DNA of 64,000 nucleotides from Phycisphaerales bacterium (GTDB lineage Bacteria; Planctomycetota; Phycisphaerae; Phycisphaerales; UBA1924): NCBI GenBank assembly GCA_965227775.1, contig OZ245777.1, positions 96,001 to 160,000 of the forward strand, read 5' to 3'. Shown piece by piece: positions 49,532 to 58,482 of this stretch (position 1 is its first letter; each line of letters starts with the position of its first letter). The notes under the pieces were generated by a model. It saw only the letters and a program-made list of their open reading frames with translations, ran no database searches and was not told where the DNA came from. The position numbers and the translations under genes were made by a program.

Positions 49532-50422
49532 ATGTACAACAAGACTCGCTCGTTTGTGGTCGCCCTGGTGGCCCTCGCAGGCTCGACCGCATGCGCCCAA
49601 GAGCGAGTGCTCGTGCTATCGAGTGGGCAGGCGATCACCGATGACTCGGTGGTCCTGGCTCTGGAAGCCGTTGGGCACGAGGCAACGCTGGGGCCCCAGT
49701 ACTTTGAGTTCGACGGTAGCGACATCGATCAGTACACCGTGATCTACCTCCAGCCCAATCACAACTGGGCCTCGGGAGACATGCCAGGCTCAGGGCAGGC
49801 CAGCCTCATCGACTTCGTATGCAAGGGCGGCGGACTATTGACGACCGAATGGACCAGCTACAACGTCTACATCCGTGGGACGTTCCAAGCGCTTGGTCTG
49901 ATCATCCCAAGCGACTACACCGAGTGGAATACTCTAACCGAAGCAACATTCACGCTCGACACGCCGGATCCGGTCATCAACGCGGGCCTGCCCGACCAAT
50001 TCACGTTTCCGCTGACAAGCGTGGCGGGCACAGAGTCGAACATCTCGCCGAGGGATGGTGCTACGAGCTTCTACACGACCTCGTCTTTCCCCGGCGGCTC
50101 AGGCGTCGTCGGTTGGGACTGGGGCCTCGGACGCGTCGCAAGTTTCTCCACCGTGAATGGCACGCTGCAAGTTGGTGACGAGAACTTCCGCCGACTGATC
50201 GGCAACTTGGCAATCTGGGCCGGCGATGCCAGCCCAGGCGGCGGCTTGCCGTGCCCGGCCGACTGCGATGGTGACGGCACAACCACCATCTTCGACTTCC
50301 TGTGCTTCCAGAATCGCTTCTCGATGGGCGATACCGAAGCCGACTGCGACTGCTCGGGGGAGTTAAACCTGTTCGACTTCCTCTGCTTCCAGAACCTGTT
50401 CGACTTGGGCTGCGACGGGTAA
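49532..50422 (+). CDS. Secreted protein (GATase/ThuA-like alpha/beta cargo) with Cys-rich dockerin-like tag
   Basis: Signal peptide; L.DFV..GGGL, GRV; ends CPADCDGDGTTTIFDFLCFQNRFSMGDTEADCDCSGELNLFDFLCFQNLFDLGCDG. Confidence 0.85.
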   Translation: MYNKTRSFVVALVALAGSTACAQERVLVLSSGQAITDDSVVLALEAVGHEATLGPQYFEFDGSDIDQYTVIYLQPNHNWASGDMPGSGQASLIDFVCKGGGLLTTEWTSYNVYIRGTFQALGLIIPSDYTEWNTLTEATFTLDTPDPVINAGLPDQFTFPLTSVAGTESNISPRDGATSFYTTSSFPGGSGVVGWDWGLGRVASFSTVNGTLQVGDENFRRLIGNLAIWAGDASPGGGLPCPADCDGDGTTTIFDFLCFQNRFSMGDTEADCDCSGELNLFDFLCFQNLFDLGCDG

Positions 50423-50425
50423 GCT

Positions 50426-51274
50426 CTACGCGAGAGGCTTGTTCGAACCTACGCCCGCCAGGTCATCGTGCATGGTGATCAGGCGGGCTGTGTCATTGTC
50501 GGGCGGGCGGGTGTTGCCGAATTCGTCGACGAGCTCGCACACCGCGTAGCCCTTGCACGCTTGCTCGTAGTTGCGAAGCCACGCGTTTACTGGTTCGGTT
50601 GCCTCGGCGAGCTTCTCGAAGGTCAGCTTGGGTGTGCCGCGGATGCCGATACGCCAGGGCTTTGGGCTCAGGCGCGCGCGGAAGCTCTGCTGGGCGCGGC
50701 AAAGTCGCGCGTAGAGCGGATCTGCGCCCAGTTGCTGCATGAGGCGGTGGGTGTCGTCGCCATCGGGGGCCATGCCCGGGCTGGTGAGCAAGTAGCGCAG
50801 GCCGGCGGCGGTGCGGTAGACGCGGGCGCCATAGCGTGCGTCTTGCCGGGCCCAGTGGCGGAGGCGCTCCAGGGGCTCCTCGGCAGGATCGGCCGCCTGC
50901 AGCTTTCGACCGAACAGCTTGCCCAGAATGCCACCGCCGCTGTCGGGCTTTGTGTCGAGGTCGACGTCGACGAAGACCAGCCGGGACGTGTTGAGTACGT
51001 TGGCGCCGTATCGGTTGATGGTGACGGCTGCGATGCGATCGCCCGCGGTGTTGCGGAGGTCCTGCACGATGGGCTCGGGGAAGTCGCGCTGCTGGTAGGC
51101 GTACTGGTGGATGACCTCGCCGTCGGATTCGATTTCCTCGGCGAGCAGCCGCTGGGCCTTTTCCTCGGCACGCTGGCGTGCATCTTCGAGGCTCGTCTCG
51201 GATGAGGCCCACGCGCCACGGCCGTAGACGTCGCGTTCGGCTTGCGCCCTTGCCCAGAATCGCGCGACTCTCAT
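50426..51274 (-). CDS. Hypothetical protein, possible AEP-like fold
   Basis: NRYGA.VLN, FVDVD, RVYRTAAGLR, ADPLY..LC..Q.SFRARL.PKP. Confidence 0.75.
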   Translation of the reverse strand: MRVARFWARAQAERDVYGRGAWASSETSLEDARQRAEEKAQRLLAEEIESDGEVIHQYAYQQRDFPEPIVQDLRNTAGDRIAAVTINRYGANVLNTSRLVFVDVDLDTKPDSGGGILGKLFGRKLQAADPAEEPLERLRHWARQDARYGARVYRTAAGLRYLLTSPGMAPDGDDTHRLMQQLGADPLYARLCRAQQSFRARLSPKPWRIGIRGTPKLTFEKLAEATEPVNAWLRNYEQACKGYAVCELVDEFGNTRPPDNDTARLITMHDDLAGVGSNKPLA

Positions 51275-51327
51275 GTGACCCCCAGGAACTGATGGCCGGC
51301 GAACTCGATCGGGGGTAGCCTAGAGGC

Positions 51328-52086
51328 ATGGGGGTGGTCGAGTCTGTCATCGTGTTGCTTGGCATGCTTGCCGGCCAGGTCGGCGATCCGCAGGATCAGT
51401 CCGCACCCGCCGAAGCTGATGAGCGAGCGGGGGCGGCCGAGCAGCCGCTTGTGCCGTTCCCGCACCCGCTGATTACCGAGGTGCTCTTCGCGGTTCCGCC
51501 GAGCGGCGGGGACGCGAACGGCGATGGCGAGCGGCACGCGACGGGCGACGAGTTCATCGAGATTACCAACCCGCACGACGAGGCGATCAGCATCGCGGGC
51601 TACAGGCTCGTCGATCGCCATCGCGGCCAGGACGGTCGCTTCGCGTTCACGTTCCCGGATTGCATGCTCGAGCCGGGGCAGACTGTTGTTGTGTTCAATG
51701 GGCTCAACGCGAGGTGGACCGGCCCTGTGGGCGATACGCACCGAGCGCCGCCGGGCCCGAACCCGCTCTTCGAGGGCGCTTTCGTGTTCACGGCGGGTGT
51801 GACGTCGCGATACCTGGCGTTCAACAACTCGGCCGATTTCGTGCTGCTGGAGAACGCGCTGCGCGTGCCGGTGCACGTCGTGGTCTGGGGCAGTCCGGAT
51901 CAGGCCCCACCCACCGACGCGTACCACACGGACACGATCACCGGCGTGCCGCGGGCGAGCGTGCAGCGAATGGGCGCGACCGAGGCCATGGTCGCCCACG
52001 ACCGCATCAATGGCAAGACGTGCAGCCCCGGCGTGGCGTTCCCCAAGCCGCCATCGGTGGAGACCGAGCCGGTGGAATCACCCTAA
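51328..52086 (+). CDS. Lamin tail domain protein
   Basis: LITEVL...DANGDG...DEFIEI.N, F.FP...L.PGQ.VVVF, FNNS.D, SPG. Confidence 0.8.
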   Translation: MGVVESVIVLLGMLAGQVGDPQDQSAPAEADERAGAAEQPLVPFPHPLITEVLFAVPPSGGDANGDGERHATGDEFIEITNPHDEAISIAGYRLVDRHRGQDGRFAFTFPDCMLEPGQTVVVFNGLNARWTGPVGDTHRAPPGPNPLFEGAFVFTAGVTSRYLAFNNSADFVLLENALRVPVHVVVWGSPDQAPPTDAYHTDTITGVPRASVQRMGATEAMVAHDRINGKTCSPGVAFPKPPSVETEPVESP

Positions 52087-52167
52087 GGAGCTCGGCCCGG
52101 TCCGGGGTCGTGCGCGCTACCATCGAGCCGTTTCGGCCAGCGAGTGATTTCTTCGGAGCAGCGACCC

Positions 52168-52761
52168 ATGGCGTGGATCCCCAAGCCCTCGGCGACGACC
52201 CAGATCGAGCGGCGCGACGAGCCTTATCTGACCCAGGCCATGCGCGACGAGCTCGCTGAGCGGTACCTGCCCCGCTTTGAGACGAAGCTTGCGGCGTTGC
52301 TGCCGGCCCTGCACATGATCCAGCACGAGTACCACTGGGTGCCACCGCAGGCGATGGAAGAAATCGCCGCGTTCCTCGAACTCTCGCCGGCGGACGTAAT
52401 GGACACGGCCAGTTTTTATGAGGAGTACGCCCTGGCGCCGCGGGGGCGCCACATCATCGGTGTGTGCCGATCGATCGCGTGCGAATTCTGCGGCCAGCCC
52501 GAGGTAAGCCAGGCCATCAAGGACGCGCTCGACATCGACGTGGGCGAAACCACCAAGGACGACAAGGTGTGCCTCGTCGAGCTCGAGTGCATCGGCTCGT
52601 GTGGCACGGCGCCGGTCGCGCTGTACGACGAAGAGCTGCACGAGCAGCTGACGCCCGAGCGGGCCGCACAGCTTGCCAAGCAGTTGCAGACTTCAGACGA
52701 TGCACCCAAGGCGACCGGCCGGGAGGGGCTGAGCCCCGAGGCCGTCAGCATTCCCGACTGA
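52168..52761 (+). CDS. nuoE: NADH-quinone oxidoreductase subunit E (2Fe-2S)
   Basis: ALLPALH..Q...W, ASFY, VCRSIAC, ECIGSC..AP. Confidence 0.88.
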   Translation: MAWIPKPSATTQIERRDEPYLTQAMRDELAERYLPRFETKLAALLPALHMIQHEYHWVPPQAMEEIAAFLELSPADVMDTASFYEEYALAPRGRHIIGVCRSIACEFCGQPEVSQAIKDALDIDVGETTKDDKVCLVELECIGSCGTAPVALYDEELHEQLTPERAAQLAKQLQTSDDAPKATGREGLSPEAVSIPD

Positions 52762-53337
52762 TCACGCGCCGACGGGAGGGGCGTCCTCATGTTCGGCAGC
52801 GACTTGATCGAGTCGATCGGGCCCCGGTTCGGGAAGGTCGGCCGCGAGCCCGATCGCCCTCGCGAGTTCATCGCTGCGCAGACTACCAATGAGCATGGAT
52901 TTGTCTTTGCCGCCAGCGGTGTAATGCACGTGGACGCCGCGGTCTCCGCTGATGTTGAGCACCCAGCCGAACTTGCGGGAGATGCGCACGCCCCAGCCGC
53001 CGCAGTCGCCGATCGGGTTGTACTTGATGGCCTCGGCTTTGCGCACGCCTCCGATGGGCACGACGAACTGGAAGAACACCAGCGCCCGCACGCGAATCTC
53101 CCGTTCACTGACCGTTGTAAACATGGGCAGCTGCATGAGCAAGAGCGGCAGTCCGAACCCCAGAACTACGACCAATGCGAGTACGCCGGCCGACTGGCCG
53201 CTGGCAACCATGACCGCCACAACCAGGATGACCGACGACAGGGTGGTCACGGGCACGAGGTAGCGAACGATCGTATTCTGATGCAACCGCTGGGTTTCCT
53301 GGAAGATCGCGTCGTCTTGCGTCGTCGTGTCTTGCAT
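52762..53337 (-). CDS. Membrane protein with bacterial PH-like domain
   Basis: F.E.Q, two TMs, GGWGVR, G..GV, LIGS...ELA.AI. Confidence 0.7.
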   Translation of the reverse strand: MQDTTTQDDAIFQETQRLHQNTIVRYLVPVTTLSSVILVVAVMVASGQSAGVLALVVVLGFGLPLLLMQLPMFTTVSEREIRVRALVFFQFVVPIGGVRKAEAIKYNPIGDCGGWGVRISRKFGWVLNISGDRGVHVHYTAGGKDKSMLIGSLRSDELARAIGLAADLPEPGPDRLDQVAAEHEDAPPVGA

Positions 53338-53352
53338 GGGTGGCACGCTCCC

Positions 53353-53853
53353 TTGCATCGGGTGTTCGCTTGTCTTGTTCCGAGTCTACTGCTGGTGCTT
53401 TCGGCGTGTGGTGGGCCTCGGCTGACCATTATCAACGAATCGAGCGCCTGGCTGCGGCTGCACGCGGGCTCGGAGGTCGACGCACGCCAGGCCTACATCA
53501 CCGGGCCACTGGCCAGCGATGGCACGGTGACGTTCGGCGTGCCCCCGGGCGCCCGCCACGAGCAGCAATTGGAGCGTGGCGGCTCGATCTTCATCCAGCG
53601 GCGGCTAGGCGTGGTGATGAACCTGACCGCCGGACCCAAGCCCGGCAGCGGCGACACGCGCAACCCGTCGTTTACGACCGCGTTTAGTGTGCGCTTGCCG
53701 CCGCCTGGCCCGTACGTGCTCAAGATCACCGGGCAGCCGGGCACCGTGGAGATCTCGCGCGTGGATGCCAACGGCGAGCCGCTGCCCGAAGATCGCGCGA
53801 GCATCCTGCCGACAGCAGCGCTCATGCAATGGGAGATGCTGCCGTCGCGGTAG
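53353..53853 (+). CDS. Hypothetical lipoprotein
   Basis: Lipobox LSAC after hydrophobic stretch; start estimated. Confidence 0.6.
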   Translation: MHRVFACLVPSLLLVLSACGGPRLTIINESSAWLRLHAGSEVDARQAYITGPLASDGTVTFGVPPGARHEQQLERGGSIFIQRRLGVVMNLTAGPKPGSGDTRNPSFTTAFSVRLPPPGPYVLKITGQPGTVEISRVDANGEPLPEDRASILPTAALMQWEMLPSR

Positions 53854-54023
53854 CGCGCCCTACCACCGCTCGAGCATCGCGCTGCAATGTGCGAACAGGA
53901 ATTCAGCATCGTGTGGTGTCCGCAAGTCGACATCAAAGTTTGTGAGTGCTCCTCGATTCGCTCGCTCCTGAAGTTGCGGGACCTCATCCGAGTCGTCCCC
54001 AATCTGAACTAAAGGAGCAAGCC

Positions 54024-55235
54024 ATGCTGACCCATGCACGCACGATCGTGACGGCAACCATCACCCTTGCGCTGGCGGGGGCGTCTATCGGGTATAGCCA
54101 GACCATCACGTCTGTCGAGCGTGTGAACTCGGCGGGCGAATCTGGCTACACCGGTGGGGTGTACTTCCCGAGCCGGCCCAAGGTCGAAGCGTTCACGCTC
54201 GTGTGTCCGAGCGACACCTTCTCCAAGGAGATCATGTCCGAGGCGAGCGTGGTCTGGAACGCGTCCGCGGGAACGTCGGCCGGCGTCGAGTGGGGGCCGG
54301 TACAGGCTTCCGTCGAGGCGCGGATGGGCGTGGAGATCGGCGAAAAGAAGTCGATCACGCGCACGTACAACTACGGGCCCATCCCTTGGTACAGCCGGCG
54401 GTACTGCATCTTCGTGTCCTATGGCAAGTTCAGGATCAAGGGCACCGACCGCAGCGGAAGGGCCTTCGACATGAACATCTTCATTCCCGAGGGGACGTTC
54501 ACCAAGACGACGCGTGTGGCACCCGACTGCCCGTGCCAGGAGGTATCGCGCGCGGCGGACGAGGCGCGCAGCTACGCCGATAGCTTCCCGCCCTCGAGCC
54601 CGGCGCACGCGCTGATCTCCGCCGGCGCCGCGTCGATCGAGTCGGCGGGCTTTGGCGGATACGAGGCGCTCGCTACCGGGCTCGTCTCAGCAGTCGGCCC
54701 GTTCTCCGAGGCGGTCGTCCATGGGGCCGACGAGGTGATCCTCAACGACTTCCTGCTGACCGCATCGACGGCGCTCGAGGTCGGTGTCGAAGGCGAGCTG
54801 TCGTACCTGGCGAGCAGCGATCCCTCGACCGGCGGGGCGTACACCGACCCGGACGTTGTTGTGCAGACGGTGGCCGCCGCGGCCGCACAGGACTTCCTGG
54901 ATCAGGGCCGTGCGATCGCGCATGCACCAGGACCGCTTGACCGGTGGTTCGAGGCGCTCCAGCAATACGAGATGGCGGTGCAGTCGGTGTTTACCGCGGG
55001 CGACGAGCTCGTCCCCCAGATGGAGGACTCGTCGTGCGCGGGCGCGGGATCGATCCCCGGTTCCTGCTGCCAGGCCGATCTCGATCTCGATGGGCGGCTG
55101 ACGATCTTCGACTTCCTGGTGTTCCAGAACCTGTTCGCCACGGGCGACCTCACCGCGGACTTCGATGGCGACGGCGCGCTCACGCTGTTCGACTTCCTCG
55201 CATTCCAGAACGCGTTCGATGCCGGTTGCCCGTGA
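54024..55235 (+). CDS. Secreted protein with dockerin-like tag; N-terminal beta-rich (PFT-like) and central helical domains
   Basis: AAAGGAG RBS, signal peptide; ends CCQADLDLDGRLTIFDFLVFQNLFATGDLTADFDGDGALTLFDFLAFQNAFDAGCP. Confidence 0.9.
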   Translation: MLTHARTIVTATITLALAGASIGYSQTITSVERVNSAGESGYTGGVYFPSRPKVEAFTLVCPSDTFSKEIMSEASVVWNASAGTSAGVEWGPVQASVEARMGVEIGEKKSITRTYNYGPIPWYSRRYCIFVSYGKFRIKGTDRSGRAFDMNIFIPEGTFTKTTRVAPDCPCQEVSRAADEARSYADSFPPSSPAHALISAGAASIESAGFGGYEALATGLVSAVGPFSEAVVHGADEVILNDFLLTASTALEVGVEGELSYLASSDPSTGGAYTDPDVVVQTVAAAAAQDFLDQGRAIAHAPGPLDRWFEALQQYEMAVQSVFTAGDELVPQMEDSSCAGAGSIPGSCCQADLDLDGRLTIFDFLVFQNLFATGDLTADFDGDGALTLFDFLAFQNAFDAGCP

Positions 55236-55308
55236 GCCGGCCCGGATGCCCGAACGTTGATCCCTCTCCTGGCGCCCGCAGCCGAACGATTGCGGGCGTC
55301 CGTTCACG

Positions 55309-56202
55309 CTACGAGCGGGCGCGCCAGAGCAATTCGGCGTGGCTGCGGTAGTGCGAGGGCTTCTGCGCGTAGAGGCGGCGGCCCAGATCGAAGGCTTCGG
55401 CCTCGATTGCCTGGCAGCGCTCGGAGATTCTTTGGTGCAGTTGCTTGCGGAGTTGGGCGTTCACGGCTGGCTCGCCGGCATCGATGGAATCGATGGCATC
55501 GGCCAGCATGGCAAGGTCGTGGTGGTCGCCCAGCAGGTCGCTCAGCCGCTTGGCCTGCCCCCGGACGGGCTCGATGACCGGCGCAAACAGGCCGCGGAGC
55601 AGGCGGAGATGGGTGCGGTTGTACTTCACGAGCTTGCGCCACTCGTGCAGGTTGTCGATGCTTGGCTTCTTGATAGCGCACTGCATCGCCGACTGGCAGC
55701 GGGCGTAGGTCCTCTCCAGCCCTGGGCCGATGGCGTCGAAGCCCTGGTCTTCGAGCGTCCACTTGCGGGCGCGTTGCCTTGCTTCGGCCATGCGCTTCGC
55801 GAATGCCTGCAGTCGTTCGCCGGTGTCGGATGACAACTCGGCGCGTTCGGTTGCGAGCGCGCCGCGGACGGGCGCGAACCGCTCGGTGTCGTCTTCGGTC
55901 AACGCATCGAACGCATCGAGCACGGTGGTCGCGTCGCGTAAGTCAGCCAGCAATCGAGCGGCCGTGCGGAAGGCGGCGTTCTCACGCTGGTATCCATCGA
56001 AGCTCGGGCGAACCAGGCGGATCAGTGCACGCAGTTCCTTGCAGCGCTTGCGTGCGTCGTGCACGGCGAGGTCGATGTTCTCCCGCGAGGCTTCCGTGGT
56101 ACGCGCGGGGTCTACGACGGCGATCGCCTTGTCGATCCGCTCGACCGCGATGCGCCGCACGCCGGCGCGAACTTTCTCGGATTGGGTGAACTGGAACCCC
56201 AT
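55309..56202 (-). CDS. CHAD domain protein
   Basis: VHDARKRCKELRA, LADLRD, LHEWRKLVK, LGDHHDLA. Confidence 0.9.
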   Translation of the reverse strand: MGFQFTQSEKVRAGVRRIAVERIDKAIAVVDPARTTEASRENIDLAVHDARKRCKELRALIRLVRPSFDGYQRENAAFRTAARLLADLRDATTVLDAFDALTEDDTERFAPVRGALATERAELSSDTGERLQAFAKRMAEARQRARKWTLEDQGFDAIGPGLERTYARCQSAMQCAIKKPSIDNLHEWRKLVKYNRTHLRLLRGLFAPVIEPVRGQAKRLSDLLGDHHDLAMLADAIDSIDAGEPAVNAQLRKQLHQRISERCQAIEAEAFDLGRRLYAQKPSHYRSHAELLWRARS

Positions 56203-56251
56203 CGCTCCCTCCCGCAGGAAGGCTAGGAGTCGGGAGCGATGGCGATGCGGC

Positions 56252-56824
56252 CTAGCTGTGCAGGCCGGGAACCTTGCCCTGCCGCCGCTCGGCGCTGTAG
56301 CGGTTTAGGGCATTCTCGATGATCGGGTGGGCCGCCTCGGCGGGCATGATCTCGTCGACCTCGACGTCCTTGCTCTCCAAGACCTTGTAGTCCTCGAGGA
56401 AGCGTTTGAGCATCTTGAAGGTGTGCCGCGGGAAGTCGCTGGCGCTCTTGTAGTCGTCGTAGATGGGGTCCTGCTCGAGCACGGCGATGATCTTGTGGTC
56501 GGCCTGCCCCTCATCGATCATGCTCATGAGCCCCACCGCCCGTGCCTGCACGAGGCACATGGGCACGACCTCCTCGGCGCTGAACACCAGCACGTCGAGC
56601 GGATCGTCGTCGTCGGCGAGCGTCTGTGGGATGAAGCCGTAGTTGGCCGGGTAGTAGACGGCGCTGCTGAGGACACGGTCGAGCTTGAGCATGCCGCTGG
56701 TCTTGTCCAGCTCGTACTTGTTGTGGCTGCCCTTGGGGATCTCAATGACCGCGCGGAAGTGCCCGGGCAGGGGATGGATGCCGGAGCCGGGGGTGACGTC
56801 GTGCCAGGGATGGATCATGGGCAT
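56252..56824 (-). CDS. ppa: Inorganic pyrophosphatase (family I)
   Basis: HPWHD, IEIPKGS.NKYE, YPANYGFIPQTL.DD.DPLD, D.G..DHKI, YK.LE.K. Confidence 0.95.
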   Translation of the reverse strand: MPMIHPWHDVTPGSGIHPLPGHFRAVIEIPKGSHNKYELDKTSGMLKLDRVLSSAVYYPANYGFIPQTLADDDDPLDVLVFSAEEVVPMCLVQARAVGLMSMIDEGQADHKIIAVLEQDPIYDDYKSASDFPRHTFKMLKRFLEDYKVLESKDVEVDEIMPAEAAHPIIENALNRYSAERRQGKVPGLHS

Positions 56825-57236
56825 GGAGGGTAGGGGGAATCTGGGTCGGCCGCCGGGTCCGAAGGTCGCGGCACTTGCCGCATAAGAGCGCCTAGTTGGG
56901 GCATCGGCGGCATCGTGCGACGGCTTCAGCCAAAATCGCTGGGCGGCGGGAGATCGTGGGTTACCGAACGCGCGGGCGGGGGTTCGACGAGCCTTTCCTC
57001 CGCGGACCTGTCCTGCTGGGGAGGTGCGCGCCGTGCGCGACACCGAGGCCAATCGCGGGCGCTGACCTTGCCTCGCATCTCGAAGCTGGGCGCGGGCGGT
57101 GCGAATCGGCTGTGACCCACGCGAAATCGCGAACGCCAGGAGCACTCGGCGGGCTCGGCGTGATCGCATCGCCGGAGCAAACCAGCCGGCTGCGTGACAC
57201 CTGCGACCCGCGCGCCGACCGCCCACCGGGGCCGAT

Positions 57237-57252
57237 TCCCAACATCTTGTGG
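57237..57252. promoter_or_regulatory. NrdR box upstream of nrdR
   Basis: tccCAACATCTTGTGg matches the acaCwAtATaTwGtg consensus at the core positions. Confidence 0.6.
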
Positions 57253-57319
57253 CACTCCAAGCCCCGACCTACCATGGGCGGAGCCGCCGTACCGAGGGAC
57301 GACCGCACCCCACCGAAGC

Positions 57320-57841
57320 ATGATCTGCCCCTTCTGCAGCCATAACGACGACAAGGTCATCGACTCGCGGCCGGCCGAGAGCGGACGGGCCATCCGCCGG
57401 CGGCGGGTGTGCAACCAGTGCGATCGGCGGTTCACCACCTACGAGCGGGTCGAGCAGCAGGCGCGGCTGGCGGTCGTGAAGCGCGACGGCAGCCGCGTGC
57501 CCTTCGACCCCGACACGGTGCTGCGGGGCATCCAGGCGGCCTGCGGCAAGCGGCCCATTCCCGAAGCGGCCAAGGCGGGCATCGTCGAGGCCGTCGAGGA
57601 CGAGCTGCACCAGACCTACGAGCAGGAGGTCGAGAGCAGCGTCATCGGCGAGCTGGTGATGGCCCGGCTCCGTGAGGTAGACGACGTTGCGTACATCCGC
57701 TTTGCCAGCGAGTACCACCAGTTCATGAGCGTGACCGAGTTGCAGCGCGAGCTGGATCAACTGCGAACGCGGCCCAGGGAAGTGAAAGACCAGCAAGCCC
57801 TGTTCGAGACCGGCGGAGATGGTGCGGCTCCGCCCCGATGA
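57320..57841 (+). CDS. nrdR: Transcriptional repressor NrdR
   Basis: M.CPFC...DKVIDSR...IRRRRVC..C..RFTTYE zinc ribbon, ATP cone, VAYIRFAS.Y. Confidence 0.96.
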   Translation: MICPFCSHNDDKVIDSRPAESGRAIRRRRVCNQCDRRFTTYERVEQQARLAVVKRDGSRVPFDPDTVLRGIQAACGKRPIPEAAKAGIVEAVEDELHQTYEQEVESSVIGELVMARLREVDDVAYIRFASEYHQFMSVTELQRELDQLRTRPREVKDQQALFETGGDGAAPPR

Positions 57842-57879
57842 GGACCCCTCCTCCACCACCTTGCTGATAGGATTCAGTC

Positions 57880-58377
57880 ATGGACCAGCAACGCACGGAT
57901 GGCGTGGTACGCAAGAGGATCGCGATGGCTGCGCTGGGGGCCGGCATGCTGTCGGTGGTGGCGTGCTCGAGCACGCCGGCGCCGCGACCGCTGCCCGAGC
58001 CCCGATCGCAACAAGTCTCGCAATCGGGTTCGCAACGAGCGACGCCGCTTGCCGAACGCCCAACGGCAGCCGAGCCCGAGCGTGCTGATGCGTCGACGCC
58101 GCAAACGCAGTCTGCGCCCATTCCCACCCAGCTGGAGCCCGCACGCTCGGCCGCCGAGACGGTCCCGCCTACGTGGTTCCGCGACGGGGCCTTCGAGATC
58201 GATGGTCGAGAGCATCGGGCGTTCGCCGTAACGGCCGGCGACGTGCGCGCGGCCCGCGGCCGGGCGATGGCCCTCGCCTACGAGCGATATCCGCAGGGCC
58301 ACGTGGCGGCGCACGAGGCGGTTCGGCAGGCAGACGGGAGCTGGCGCTTTTTTGTCCTGATGGCCGCTGGCGGGTAA
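57880..58377 (+). CDS. Hypothetical lipoprotein
   Basis: Lipobox VVAC, Pro/Ser-rich linker, small C-terminal domain. Confidence 0.7.
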   Translation: MDQQRTDGVVRKRIAMAALGAGMLSVVACSSTPAPRPLPEPRSQQVSQSGSQRATPLAERPTAAEPERADASTPQTQSAPIPTQLEPARSAAETVPPTWFRDGAFEIDGREHRAFAVTAGDVRAARGRAMALAYERYPQGHVAAHEAVRQADGSWRFFVLMAAGG

Positions 58378-58482
58378 GCAACGGGCAGCTTGCAGGGCTT
58401 CGGGCCGCGCTCACCGCCGCCGGGCCGTGCCATCTTGCGAGCGGCCCCATGCGGGCGGCTTTTCACGCGCATCGGAGGCAGC

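Noticed and set aside
56850..56875. GCCGGGTCCGAAGGTCGCGGC as SRP RNA core
   Set aside because: Only loosely resembles the CAGG...GGAA...AGCAG consensus; key conserved bases are missing and I could not find the long flanking helix
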